The notes under the pieces were generated by a model that was given only the letters and a program-made list of their open reading frames with translations, searched no databases and was not told the origin of the DNA. Of a stretch of DNA of 64,000 nucleotides, positions 1 through 10,239 are shown piece after piece. The position numbers and the translations under genes are program-made. Source of the stretch: Candidatus Latescibacterota bacterium (GTDB taxonomy: Bacteria > Latescibacterota > UBA2968 > UBA8231); assembly GCA_965206595.1 (NCBI GenBank), contig OZ242214.1, forward strand, positions 32,001-96,000, given 5' to 3'. Position 1 is the first letter of the stretch; each line of letters starts with the position of its first letter.

Positions 1-2303
1 AGGCGAGGGTCCTTCGGCGTCGTGCTCGGCTCGGTGAGGAAGACCTCGACTTCCTTCCACACCTGCTTCAGGCCGGGGTCCTCGAGCTCTTCCGGATCCG
101 CATACCGCCAGCGGCCGTTGTCCTGCCGGTAGAGCCCGGTGTGAAGCAGCACGCACCGGAACATCGACGAATCAGGGAAGTTCCCCTCGATGCCTAAGCC
201 TTCCATGCCGGACCGTTCCAGGATCCCGAGCATCAGCTTCTTGCGGGCGTTCACCACGACCGCGGAAGGACGGTGCCTGACGATCATCTCGTTGTTGATG
301 CGGGGGCAGTGCCCGAACACTTCCTCCATGATGTTCGACAGCGCCGTCCGCAGGCCGCGGGGGGAATCGGCTCGCCGCATCGGCTTACCCTTGTGGAACC
401 ACCGCGGCCCATCGAAACCGGGCCAGACCAGCCGGTCCAAGAGCTGTTGCAGATGGCCTTGGGCGTCGTCGGTCATTTGCTGCAGCTCCGGACCGACGAG
501 AGGATCGGCCCCGACAAGCTCGCTGTCGGTCTGCATCCTCAGCAGGCACCAGACCTCCAGGGCCGCCTCGCGGATCGGCAGCGGTTCCCGGGGCAACGCC
601 ACCACGATCCTGTCGGCGTTCAGGTCCGACCGAACCGCCTGCTCGGCCTGCGAGATCTCCTCGTGGCTTTCCGCAAGGACGTACAGCACCTCTCCATCCG
701 TGCCGGGATCGAGCCGCCTCAGGTACTGGTCCTGTCTAAGGGATTCGGGAAGGGTCGCTACGCACTCGTAGCGGCCGGCCAAGTATCTTCGGACGCAGCG
801 CTTGGCGTTGTACTCGACGGGGCGCCAAGCGGGCGGCCTGGCTTCCTCGCTGAGGAACCCCAGGCCGTCGAACTGCTCTACCTGCCTGCGCTTCTCCTCC
901 TCAAGCCTTCCCCGCAGGTCGACATCGGTGCCGTGCCATACCGCCACTTGGTCGCTGTGGCGGCGGTGGAGCAGCAGTTTGCGGTCGACCAGTCGCTGGA
1001 CGACATCCGCCTCCGAATCGTCACTGGCGTATCCCTTGAGCGCGAATCGCAGCAGGCCGTGGCCGGCGCGCGAGCGCTCGCCGCTCGCACCCAGACTGAG
1101 CAGACAGGCTGCCTTCAGAGCCTTCGTCTCCGCTTCGTCGGTAACCTTCGTCAACGCGCTCTCCGTCTCGAGCCACTGGCGGTAGGTGCCGCCAACCGAA
1201 GTGTCCGACCTCATCACTGGGGCGAAGTAGTCGTACAGGGCGGCCGGTCCGACCTCCCCGTCCATATCGACCGCGTAGAGGAAGCTGAACAGAGTGCGCT
1301 CGTTCTGAGCCACGCGCGCAGCCAGGCGGGGCAGCAGGTACAGCGTCACGGGTTCGAGGGGATATGCCCGGTGAAGCACCTGCTGAATCTCCAGGAGGGT
1401 GGCTTCTCCGAACAATCCATGAGTCTGGCATTCACGGGCTGCCCTGAGCGCAAGGGGCCCCGCCAGCTTCTTCCTGCCTCTGCGCGAAGCCACTACCTCA
1501 GAGACGAGCCGGTAGATCTCCTTGCTCTCATCGACGTACTGCAGGGTGCGGAAGCGGCCTTCGATCTTGGTCCACTCCGAACGGACCGACTGCGTCATGT
1601 TCCCCGCGTACTGGAGCAGGCTCTGATGGAGGAACAGGCCCATCGTCGCCGGCACCCCCCTGGGGCGGCTGACGAACTCCGCCAGCACCTGGATTTCCCC
1701 CAGTGCGGAAGTCCGCCCTTCGTTGAGGAGGGATTCGAGGTGCCTCCCGAACTCGTCCCACAGCAGGACGACCTGGTCGCACCCACACTCCCCCGCTTTT
1801 TTCTGCAAAGCGGCAAGCACGTCCTCCAACGCGCCCGGCCCCTCAGTATTCAGCCCCTCGATGGGCTTGGCTTGGCGCCCAAGTTTCAACCGCTTCATGC
1901 TCAGAACCGCGGCATCCCGCAGCGCCTCGGCGACGTTTGGGCGGTACCCGTGGAGAGCCACAACGACTCCCCGCTGTTTCCGGTTCCTCCCCCTTCTTTT
2001 CACGGAACGCGCCAGTTCCGGACTGACCGCTTCGAGACGGTCCGCTATCTGCCCCAGGGAACCGGCGACCTCCGGCCTGTTCTCAATCACCTGCAGGGCG
2101 TAGGTCGCCGTCAGTGACTTCCCGCTTCCATATGGAGCCACGACGAAATAGGTGCGCTCCTCCTCTTCGCCGATGAGAGCCTTGAGCAGGGGCACCGTCT
2201 TGGCAGTGGGCCGGAAGTGGGCGATCCGCTCCGGCTCGTCGGCGTCGTAGACGATGTTAATCGACCGCAGAAATGCGTCCTGCGAGGCAGGCTCGTTCGA
2301 CAC
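1..2303 (-). CDS. sspC: SspC-like P-loop ATPase of an Ssp (BREX type 4-like) phosphorothioation system, 3' end outside window
   Basis: Translated by hand because it is absent from the ORF track. GTG at 2303 after AGAAGGA gives MSNEPASQDAFLRSINIVYD..., with Walker A APYGSGKS and Walker B-like VVLLWDEFGRH. The same frame is still coding at base 3. It lies directly downstream of DUF4007 and cysteine desulfurase genes. Confidence 0.75.
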   Translation of the reverse strand, partial: MSNEPASQDAFLRSINIVYDADEPERIAHFRPTAKTVPLLKALIGEEEERTYFVVAPYGSGKSLTATYALQVIENRPEVAGSLGQIADRLEAVSPELARSVKRRGRNRKQRGVVVALHGYRPNVAEALRDAAVLSMKRLKLGRQAKPIEGLNTEGPGALEDVLAALQKKAGECGCDQVVLLWDEFGRHLESLLNEGRTSALGEIQVLAEFVSRPRGVPATMGLFLHQSLLQYAGNMTQSVRSEWTKIEGRFRTLQYVDESKEIYRLVSEVVASRRGRKKLAGPLALRAARECQTHGLFGEATLLEIQQVLHRAYPLEPVTLYLLPRLAARVAQNERTLFSFLYAVDMDGEVGPAALYDYFAPVMRSDTSVGGTYRQWLETESALTKVTDEAETKALKAACLLSLGASGERSRAGHGLLRFALKGYASDDSEADVVQRLVDRKLLLHRRHSDQVAVWHGTDVDLRGRLEEEKRRQVEQFDGLGFLSEEARPPAWRPVEYNAKRCVRRYLAGRYECVATLPESLRQDQYLRRLDPGTDGEVLYVLAESHEEISQAEQAVRSDLNADRIVVALPREPLPIREAALEVWCLLRMQTDSELVGADPLVGPELQQMTDDAQGHLQQLLDRLVWPGFDGPRWFHKGKPMRRADSPRGLRTALSNIMEEVFGHCPRINNEMIVRHRPSAVVVNARKKLMLGILERSGMEGLGIEGNFPDSSMFRCVLLHTGLYRQDNGRWRYADPEELEDPGLKQVWKEVEVFLTEPSTTPKDPR

Positions 2304-2313
2304 GGTTTTCCTT

Positions 2314-2595
2314 CTACGCTGCATGGAGACCCTTCAAATCCCGCATGAGCCCGCCGCTCGACGGCGAATCATCGCTGCCCGGGGCGCCCTTTCGATGCCG
2401 CCTTCCCGAGACTTGCTCGCACAGGCCGGCCGCCTGAAGCCAATACCGGATCGACTTGGCCATGTTGCGGCCCACCCCGAGCCAGTCGGCAACGTGCTCG
2501 TCGACGAGCTTCTCGGGCTCTTCGACGACGAGCTTCAACCCTTTGTGCAGCCACCCCTCCCGAACGGGGAAGGTCTCGTGTCCGCCGAACCTCAT
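2314..2595 (-). pseudogene. sspB: DUF4007/SspB family protein, only 93 aa (N-terminal part)
   Basis: ATG overlaps the desulfurase stop (ATGA). MRFGGHETFPVREGWLHKG...LGVGRNMAKSIRYWL is the typical DUF4007 N-terminus. The protein stops at about one third of the usual length. Confidence 0.75.
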
Positions 2596-3776
2596 TCCGC
2601 CACCTCCGAAAGCTCCATGCGGCTTGTGTCTCTCCAGTCCGAAAACGCCCTGATCCGGGCGGCTACGTCCGCTACGGCCTCGGCGGCAGCGGCAACCTCC
2701 TCCTCGCTGTTCAGCACCGACATGCTGAAGCGGACACTTGCGTACGCCTGCTCTTCCGACAGTCCCATGGCCCGCAGCACGTGCGACGGCTCCGGCCGGT
2801 GGTTGGTGCAGGCCGAGCTCTGCGAGCACCGGATCCCGCGCTGGTCCAACCGGGCTACCAGGGCCTGTCCGTCCACCCCGTCGAAGAGCAGGTTCGTCGT
2901 GTTGCACACTCGGGTGGCGCGCCCCCCGTTCACGGACACGCCGGCGCACCGGTCCATGACCTCGCTCTCGAACAGATCGCGCAGCCTGCCGAGCTTGGTG
3001 ATTGTTTCGGGGTGAGAGCCTGCGCGTATTCCGGCAGCACACCCCATGCCGGCGATCCCCGGCACGTTCTCGGTGCCCGCCCGCAGGCCCGACTCCTGGT
3101 CGCCGCCGTCGAGAAGTCCCCTGAGCCCGGCGCTGCCGCGCAGGTACAGAGCCCCTGTGCCGGGTGGACCGTGGAACTTGTGCCCGGCAATCGACGCGAA
3201 GTCGACCGGGAGTTTCCGCAGATTCACCGGCAGCTTGCCGACTGCCTGGGCCGCGTCCGTGTGGAACGGCACCCCGGCTTCCGAGCAGATCCGCCCGAAC
3301 TCCGCGACCGGTTGGACGACCCCGGTCTCGCTGTTCACCCATTGAATAGATATCAGGGCGGTTTCCCCGACGATCGCTTCCCGCAGGTCGTCCGGATCGA
3401 CGGTCCCGCTTCTGTCGACGGGGAGCAGCACGACTTCCGAACCTTCACGCTCAACCCGTTCGAGAGCGGCGAGGACGGATGAGTGTTCGGCTGCGGTCGA
3501 AACGATCCTTTTCCCCGGCCCGGAGAAACTGCGGATGACGGTGTTGTTCGCCTCGGTGGCGCCGCTGGTGAAGATGATGGAGTCGGGCTCGCATCCGATA
3601 AGAGAGGCCAGCGACGACCTGGCGTTGCGCAGCTGCTCGCGCGCACGGTCGCCGGCTGCATGGCTGCTGGAGGGATTGCCGAACGCCCCGCCCATCGCCT
3701 TCAACACGGCGGCGCGAACCTCGGGCAGCGGCTGAGTCGTGGCGTTGTTGTCGAGATAGATCTCGGAGGGCTCCAT
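2592..3776 (-). CDS. sspA: Cysteine desulfurase (IscS/DndA/SspA type)
   Basis: IYLDNNATT, FTSGATEANN, HTDAAQAVGK, PLP lysine in AGHKFHGP, RAGTEN, and catalytic SQSSACT. Start re-assigned to MEPSEIYLD. Confidence 0.93.
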   Translation of the reverse strand: MEPSEIYLDNNATTQPLPEVRAAVLKAMGGAFGNPSSSHAAGDRAREQLRNARSSLASLIGCEPDSIIFTSGATEANNTVIRSFSGPGKRIVSTAAEHSSVLAALERVEREGSEVVLLPVDRSGTVDPDDLREAIVGETALISIQWVNSETGVVQPVAEFGRICSEAGVPFHTDAAQAVGKLPVNLRKLPVDFASIAGHKFHGPPGTGALYLRGSAGLRGLLDGGDQESGLRAGTENVPGIAGMGCAAGIRAGSHPETITKLGRLRDLFESEVMDRCAGVSVNGGRATRVCNTTNLLFDGVDGQALVARLDQRGIRCSQSSACTNHRPEPSHVLRAMGLSEEQAYASVRFSMSVLNSEEEVAAAAEAVADVAARIRAFSDWRDTSRMELSEVAE

Positions 3777-4218
3777 GCTCAGGGACTGGAGATTTGCAGA
3801 TGAGAGATGGGTGTTGCGGATCGGAAAGCGAGGCAAGGTCCGTCTGGTCTCAGGTGCGAACAAAAACGAGGCCAGGTTTCGTGGAGTGTCGAACAGTCCA
3901 AGCCGGGGACCCTGGGAGATTTCAAGAGGTTTTTCAAGCCCTGATCTGTGTCCTAACCTATCCCGAATGTTGGGGGATGGTCAAGCGAATTCCCAAGATG
4001 TTGGGGTTCCTGCCGAAAGAGCACCAAGGGCGTAGCCGGTTCCGTTCGATCGTGGATCTGTTCCCTTACGGTCGCAGTAACGGCGGCTATTTGATACAGC
4101 TAATATACTGAACAAAAGTGCACATTGGCAAGGTTTGGAGCCTGACAAGGAGCCTGACAATAGATGAGATTTTCTCGGGGCAACCGGTCCATTCCAGTCC
4201 GCGACTCCTCGGTACAGG

Positions 4219-4290
4219 GTGAAGACGAAGTACGGGTTAACCGTGGATCGGGCGGAGATGGAGGCCCTGGCGTCGGTGCTGGCGGAGTTG
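4219..4290 (+). pseudogene. Short remnant resembling the C-terminus of DUF1524/HNH-type endonuclease proteins
   Basis: VKTKYGLTVDRAEMEALASVLA with no intact upstream frame. Confidence 0.3.
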
Positions 4291-4357
4291 GAAACCGTGA
4301 TTCGGATGCAGTCCTTCGGATCACTGAAGCGCAGCCGATTCGAACTGAGGATTAACC

Positions 4358-5164
4358 CTATTCCGTTTCTGACAGGGCTTTGACGGCGCCCCATGTCTGC
4401 TGGCGAACGGCGGTGTCACCTGGGCTCAGCAGCAGGGCCCTGACGGTAGAAGCATCCTCCTCAGGCGCCAGATAGAATCCTGTGTGTTGTACGTCATCAG
4501 CGTCCCAGTCTCTCACTTGCAGGACGAGGTCGATTTCGTCTCCGGCGGCCAAGTCCGTGATGACGTTTCCGTCTTTGTGCTCATTTTTCGGCAGCACATC
4601 AAAACACGAGATAAAGAACTCAATCCCCCAGGTGGTAGGCGTCTGCTCTGTCCGGATCGCATGGCCAAACGGGTCCCTCACGCTCCACACTGGAGAGCCG
4701 CCTAAGTACGGGAACGGCATCATGATGTTCCCGGCTGGCCGGATGGCGTAGTAGGTACGGCTTTCGTGGATGGCCGGTGTCGCCGCAATGACCAGACCGT
4801 CCGCTTTGTAGAAAAGCGGTCTGCCTTCGTCCCGGATGACATCGTCCGTAAAGGTCGCCGCCACGAAGATGCGCCCTGGCGTACTCCACCCGAGCCAGAT
4901 GCGGAAATCCAGATTCTCAGGATCGTACTCAGAGTAGAGGGGTACGTGATCCACAAATGTGTTCGGATTACCAAAAACTCCCTGTTTAGGTCGCCAAATG
5001 AGGAAATCTGACGCCGTCAGCAAGGGCGGACCCAGAATCTCAGACCAGTCGTCCAACTGACCATCCAGCTGAATCTGGTCCTCCGAGACGTACGGTATGG
5101 GAACCACGCCGTAGGCCGGAATGACCAGCGTCAGGGCCGCGAACAACGTGAGGCAGTAGCGCAT
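4358..5164 (-). CDS. Secreted protein with CBM9/DOMON-like sugar-binding domain and C-terminal TAV..TWGxxK tail
   Basis: Signal peptide MRYCLTLFAALTLVIPAYG, IQLDGQLDDW motif, ends TAVRQQTWGAVKALSETE. Confidence 0.7.
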   Translation of the reverse strand: MRYCLTLFAALTLVIPAYGVVPIPYVSEDQIQLDGQLDDWSEILGPPLLTASDFLIWRPKQGVFGNPNTFVDHVPLYSEYDPENLDFRIWLGWSTPGRIFVAATFTDDVIRDEGRPLFYKADGLVIAATPAIHESRTYYAIRPAGNIMMPFPYLGGSPVWSVRDPFGHAIRTEQTPTTWGIEFFISCFDVLPKNEHKDGNVITDLAAGDEIDLVLQVRDWDADDVQHTGFYLAPEEDASTVRALLLSPGDTAVRQQTWGAVKALSETE

Positions 5165-5374
5165 GGGGCTATGAGGGAGTAGGGCGGGAAGGTAAGGGTC
5201 CCGCCTGCTGGTTGGTACGTGCTCAGGAGAAGAAAACAACTTGACGACCGTGTCGTACCGTGGGTCTTCCGCTTGGCCAACACCGCCTCAGCCCTCCCGT
5301 GGCCCCCCATAATGACGAAGCAACATGACACACGCAATGCACGGGTTTTCGTAGCCTCGGCCTCCGGTCCCCGC

Positions 5375-5849
5375 TCAGTCGGCGGTGTACTTCGTCATCA
5401 CCTCCCAGATCTCGTCGGTGACGTCGTTCAGGCAGTAGTAGGTGAAACGCGTCAGGCCGGCGTCGACCATCGCCCGGAAGAGGAAGTCGAGCTCCTCGGC
5501 CGTCATCCAGGGACTGCCTCCGTGCTCGAGCCCGACGAACGGGGAGATCCGCTCCGGGTCGCCGATGCGGAACAGCATCTTGCGCGACTCGCGGTAGACG
5601 ATCTTCTCGAAGAAGCTCCAGGGAGCCGGGCGGTCGAAGTCGGCGATGCGGTAGTCGCGCGGAATCTCGACCCCGAGGAGGCGGCCGATCAGCGCCTCGA
5701 TCCTGTCGTCGCCGAGGCCAGGGTTCCACTCCCGCAGGGTGTTCCGGTAGCGCTCCAGGGTCCCGCGAAAGCCGTCGCGGCCTCCGGTCCAGAGGTAGTG
5801 CTTGGTCTGGTTGTAATCGCAGAACTGGTTGAGGCGGAGTCCGCCATCT
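5375..5849 (-). pseudogene. 3' fragment of a hypothetical protein cut at the integrase-island boundary
   Basis: The open frame DGGLRLNQFCDYNQTKHYLW...EIWEVMTKYTAD extends upstream of the annotated 67-aa ORF and ends abruptly at about 5849, where AT-rich sequence begins. Confidence 0.6.
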
Positions 5850-6036
5850 CAGTGTTTCCCACTGTCCCATTATTTTCCGTATTGCCCCATGTAACAAGCT
5901 CCCTTGCAGTAAGTTACCGACAATCAATCGTTTCTTGACGTTTCCTAAAGGTTCCTTTAGGTTCTCCTCCATAGTGATAATTTGGTGATACCATTAGAAA
6001 TATTTCAGTGGTGATATCAAGGAGGAAAATCGAACC

Positions 6037-7209
6037 TTGCAACGTCCAACAATGCTCTCGGCAACCTTCGTGCGATCAGTTAGCCAGCCGGGCCGATACG
6101 GCGACGGCCGTGGAGGGTTTGGGCTCTCGCTGCTGGTGAAGTTGAGGGAAAACGGGAGGCTGTCGAAGACGTGGAGCCAGCGGCTTCGGATCGACGGAAA
6201 AGTAACCAACGTCGGCTTGGGTTCCTGGCCTGTCACGACGCTCAAAGAGGCTCGGGAGAAGGCGTTGGAGAATCGTCGGGAAGTTGAGCATGGGGGTGAT
6301 CCCCGCGAACGCATCGCCCGCGTTCCGACGTTCGCGGAAGCCATCGAAAAGGTGATTGCGATCCATGAACCGTCATGGAAGGACGGAGCCCGATCTGGCG
6401 AAATCTGGCGGTCGTCTCTGCGCGACTACGCGATGCCGCGGCTCGGAGGAAAGCCAGTGGACAAGATCACGACGGCCGACGTGCTGGCCGTGTTGGTGCC
6501 GATCTGGAGCACGAAGCGGGAGACGGCGCGACGTGTTCGCCAGCGGATCGGCGCGATTTTGAAATGGGCGGTCGCGCAGGGATACCGCGACGACAACCCG
6601 GCCGGCGAGGCCATCGGCGAGGCACTGCCGAAAACCGGCTCTCCGAAACAGCACCAACGGGCGTTACCGCACGCCGAAGTAGGGACGGCGGTGCGCAAGG
6701 TGCGGGGGTCGAAGGCGTGGTGGGCGACGAAAGCAGCCTTCGAGTTTCTGACGCTGACGGCGGCGCGCTCGGGTGAAGTCCGGGGGGCGCGGTGGGAGGA
6801 GATCGACTTCGAGACGGCGACCTGGACGGTGCCGGGGGAGCGCATGAAGGCGGGCCGACCGCATCGGGTGCCGCTGCCCCGCCGAGCCCTCGAGGTGCTG
6901 GCCGAGGCGCGTGAGCTGGCTGACGGCTCCGGGCTGGTGTTCCCGAGCAGTGTGCGCGGCAAGATGCTATCGGACATGACCCTCTCCAAGCTCGTCAAGC
7001 AACTCGGCATCGAGGCGGTGCCGCATGGGTTCCGAAGCAGCTTCCGCGATTGGGCCGCGGAGTGCTCGACCGCGCCGAGGGAGGTCCGCGAGCTAGCATT
7101 GGCACACGTCAACAATGATCGGACGGAAACGGCGTATCGGAGGAGCGATTTGTTCGAGCTGCGGCGGAAACTGATGGAAGATTGGGGAGCTTACTTGGGC
7201 CGAAGGTAG
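6037..7209 (+). CDS. P4-like tyrosine integrase with N-terminal arm-binding domain
   Basis: PGRYGDG..GL.L.V arm domain, TAARSGEVRGARW, MKAGRPHRVPL, HGFRSSFRDW, LAH, and catalytic Tyr in AYRR. RBS AAGGAGG. Confidence 0.93.
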   Translation: MQRPTMLSATFVRSVSQPGRYGDGRGGFGLSLLVKLRENGRLSKTWSQRLRIDGKVTNVGLGSWPVTTLKEAREKALENRREVEHGGDPRERIARVPTFAEAIEKVIAIHEPSWKDGARSGEIWRSSLRDYAMPRLGGKPVDKITTADVLAVLVPIWSTKRETARRVRQRIGAILKWAVAQGYRDDNPAGEAIGEALPKTGSPKQHQRALPHAEVGTAVRKVRGSKAWWATKAAFEFLTLTAARSGEVRGARWEEIDFETATWTVPGERMKAGRPHRVPLPRRALEVLAEARELADGSGLVFPSSVRGKMLSDMTLSKLVKQLGIEAVPHGFRSSFRDWAAECSTAPREVRELALAHVNNDRTETAYRRSDLFELRRKLMEDWGAYLGRR

Positions 7210-7225
7210 TGATCTATTGGTAGAA

Positions 7226-8605
7226 CTGGACTTTTGCAAACTCCGCTTTTTTACTAAAGTTTCAGGTGTGCGACAATTCGCTGCTCTGTCCACCCTATTG
7301 TGGTTTGGTCCACTACCCAGGTGATGGTTTTGCTGAGCGTTTCTCGCGACACGGCTCGACAGGCTTCGCCAATGGTCGTCAGCACGGTGTGAGCCCAGTC
7401 ACGCGCACGGCCCTGCCGCATCCGTGCCCTGAGCAGACTGTGCGTCAGCATCACGAGGTACCTATGCCGGGTCTGGCCCTCGCCGCTTTTGTAACTGACC
7501 GTCTCCCATGCCCAGATGGTGCTTGCCGTCCCGATGAAAAGTCTCGGTGCCCGTCCAGCGTTTGCGATAAACATTCAGAATACGACTGATCTCCCAGTGC
7601 ACGCGATTGGTCAGTAGAAACTTGACCGCTTCCCTGCCGTTCTTGCGATCCCACAGGATCACCAGGCGAACCCGGTGCTTTAGCTTGGGCAGACTCAGGG
7701 TTTTGGTGAAATACCATTGTTTGCGCTTGCCGATGCTGACCTGTTTGCGATCCTCGGGCGGGATATTCGCAGCCACTTCGGCGGCCTTCATCAGGCCGCC
7801 CTTGAACTCGACCTTGCGGTTGCTCTTCAGGGCTCCTACGTAGCCGCGCTCATGACTATGGATGTGATCGAGACACTCGACACTGCTGAAGTAGCAGTCG
7901 AAGGCGAAATCACCCGGGATCTGGCGGAAAACGACCCCGTCCACCAGCTCTTTGAACAGCTCGGTATGGCTCTTGAAGGAGGTGTCCGTCTCCCCTTCCC
8001 GGCGCTTGCGAAAACGACGGAATTCCATCGGATAGTATTTCCCCGAGGTGCACACGTAGTTGGCGATGACGTAATCGTGCGCAATCCTATGGCGCTGGTC
8101 GGAGTGATCCCAAAACCAACCCACGTCCTCGATCTTGTCTCCGCTGTGGCCGACCAAGGTGTTGTCGATGGCGATCACCCCGCGCCCCGAATAGCGCGTC
8201 GAGGGACGCTCCTGCAACCATTCCAGGCGGTGTTCGTTGAGCCATTTCCCGTGCCCATCGCACCTGCGTAATCCAGCGGTTCAGGCAGGACTGATCGGTG
8301 GTCTCGACGAACTCGGCGTTGATCGCCGATACATGTTTGCGTTCGGCCACCATCAACCCGGTCAGATACTCGCCAAAGTGACGGCGCTCCGGGGCGTTGG
8401 CGAAGAGGCCGCCGAACTCTGCCACCGCGTCTTCAACCACCGTGGGAAAATCAACAATACCTGGCATGAACAACCTCTCACATGGCCAGGGGAAACGAAG
8501 GCGGGGGATGCCTTCGTCCTACCAAAAATACCGAGTTCCATCGAATTCGCGCTACCCTCTATCCTTGCCGATTATTCAGGAATTCTGCCTTTTGCAAAAG
8601 TCCAG
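7226..8605 (-). mobile_element. IS701-family insertion sequence
   Basis: Perfect 15-bp terminal inverted repeats CTGGACTTTTGCAAA (7226-7240) and TTTGCAAAAGTCCAG (8591-8605) enclose a DDE transposase. Confidence 0.8.
7254..8467 (-). pseudogene. IS701-family transposase, frameshifted into three ORFs
   Basis: ORFs 8087-8473, 7462-8217 and 7254-7574 carry consecutive parts: GVIAIDNT, FAFDCYF, YRKRWTGTETFHRDGK. Confidence 0.8.
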
Positions 8606-8620
8606 ATGTACCATTGGTGT

Positions 8621-8950
8621 ATGGTCAATCTGACCGACATGCAATGGCAACGAATCCGCCATCACTTTCCTGAAGAACTTCGTCCCAAGAGCCATCCGGG
8701 TCGCAAACCGGTTTGCACCCGTGATGTTTTTGAAGCCGTCCTTTGGATTCTAAACACCGGGGCTCAATGGCATATGTTGCCGCCGTGCTATCCGAACTAC
8801 AAAACCGTGCATCGCCGTTTTCAAAACGGGTGTCGTCAAGGGGTGGTACGCGAAGTTCTCATGGACCTGGCCCAGACCCTTCACGAGCAAGGGGGTCTGG
8901 ACGAATCGGAGGCTTTCATCGATGGCCTGTTCTCGGCGGCCAAGGGTGGA
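8621..8950 (+). pseudogene. IS5-family (IS427-like) transposase N-terminal fragment
   Basis: LTDMQWQRI...GRKP...VFEAVLWILNTGAQWHMLP...YKTVHRRF...AFIDG; the C-terminal part is absent. Confidence 0.8.
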
Positions 8951-9020
8951 GGACGCCGCCGCCAACCCCACCTTCCTCTTTGCCGAACCGCGCGTCGGCT
9001 ACCGCATGCCCCAAGGGACA
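8947..9020 (+). pseudogene. C-terminal scrap of an OmpR/KdpE-type response regulator winged helix
   Basis: EDAAANPTFLFAEPRVGYRM fused directly to the IS5 fragment. Confidence 0.5.
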
Positions 9021-9066
9021 GGAACCGGAACCGTGACCGCGACCGGGGAAGCCACAGTTGAAGAAA

Positions 9067-9948
9067 CTACAGCCCGCCCAACCCCTGGTGGGCGAAATGC
9101 CAGTCCTCCAGGTGGTTGAGCAACACCCCTGAAGTCCACGTCCGGGGCCGCTGCAAGGTGGCGTGAATTTCCGCCTGCTTGGCCTCGATGTGCTCGCGCT
9201 CGAGCAGGCGCCGGTTGAAGGCCGCCACGGCTCCTTCCTCGACCACACCTTCCCGCCGCACCCAGTCCTCGAATGCGAGGTAGTCCGGCATTTCCCCGCG
9301 GAGAAACGCAAGGGCCGCCTCCTCATCCACCTGCAGGGTCCGCAGACAGCGCTGGTCGAGGCTGCCCTCGGCGCAGTCGGGATAGTCGGGATGCAGCAGG
9401 CCCCTGGCGCGCAGGCAGGTCTTGAGCCAAGTGCGGGGAAGCTGGCAGATCCCCAACCGCCCCCGGTCGATGCTGCTGAGGGTCGGAGCCACGGGCCCTG
9501 GCAGGCCCTCGGCGCCGGGTGCGAATACCTGGCGATGGAACAGCTGCCAGTCCTGCAGGCAGTTGAGCAGCACGGCCGATACTTCCGTCTTCTCTTCCTG
9601 CGACCAGCCTATGTCGCCATAGGTCTCGTCGATCTTTCCCGGAATATGGTGGGGGCGCTGAACCAGGGCCTTGTTCCAGCGCGCGATGCGGGCGGGATCG
9701 CAGGTGCCTTCGGAGATCACCCACTCCTCGAACTGCAGGTAGGAAGGGCGCTGGTCCCACAGGAATTGCAGGGTGCTGTCCTGATCGAGCCGCAGCACCT
9801 CGAGGACGTACTTGTCGAGGCCGCCGCTGCAGAATGGGTAGCCGGGGTCGAGCTGCCCGGCCTGGTGGAGGCGGTTCTTCCACCAAAGACGGGGCAACTG
9901 GGCCACGCCCAGCGGGCCCTTGCACAGGGTGCTGACCAATGGTATCAC
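9067..9948 (-). CDS. Protein with two tandem DUF5069-like domains
   Basis: GTG after AAGGAG. Internal repeats GPLGVAQLPRLWWK / GRLGICQLPRTWLK, YLQFEEWV / YLAFEDWV, LLNCLQDW / LLNHLEDW. Confidence 0.65.
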   Translation of the reverse strand: MIPLVSTLCKGPLGVAQLPRLWWKNRLHQAGQLDPGYPFCSGGLDKYVLEVLRLDQDSTLQFLWDQRPSYLQFEEWVISEGTCDPARIARWNKALVQRPHHIPGKIDETYGDIGWSQEEKTEVSAVLLNCLQDWQLFHRQVFAPGAEGLPGPVAPTLSSIDRGRLGICQLPRTWLKTCLRARGLLHPDYPDCAEGSLDQRCLRTLQVDEEAALAFLRGEMPDYLAFEDWVRREGVVEEGAVAAFNRRLLEREHIEAKQAEIHATLQRPRTWTSGVLLNHLEDWHFAHQGLGGL

Positions 9949-10239
9949 GGTTTTGCTCCTTTCGGGTTGTGACTGTCCCACCCAGATCTTGGGATCGTTC
10001 CCCCGATCCATCCCGGTTCGTGAGCAGAATTGGCAATATTTCGGGGCAGGACACTGGCTGACAACTCGAACCAGGAACGTTCCCCTCGGCCGGAACCGCA
10101 AGTCCGCTTCGGCGGGATTTATGGGGAAATAGTGTCGGCCCTTTCCAGGCCGTTTCAAAGAAGGACCTGAGCGGACGGCAGGCAGAAAGTGATGCCCGGA
10201 ACAGGACGATGCTCCGTGCCGGCCAGAGCTGCCGGCACC

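Noticed and set aside
273-2117. 614-aa plus-strand ORF and similar long ORFs (10189-11982, 18063-20834, 27594-29219, 36602-39274, 47691-49436)
   Set aside because: Antisense shadows of real genes in high-GC DNA, with no recognisable motifs
2314-3342. 342-aa ORF as a full-length DUF4007 protein
   Set aside because: Its first about 250 codons are an alternative frame of the desulfurase gene; DUF4007 similarity begins only at the ATG at 2595
4137-4160. 12-bp tandem GGAGCCTGACAA, possible IS end
   Set aside because: No partner end or transposase could be linked to it
5820-5990. tRNA at the integrase attachment site
   Set aside because: Only TCCGCCA matches; there is no cloverleaf or T-loop consensus
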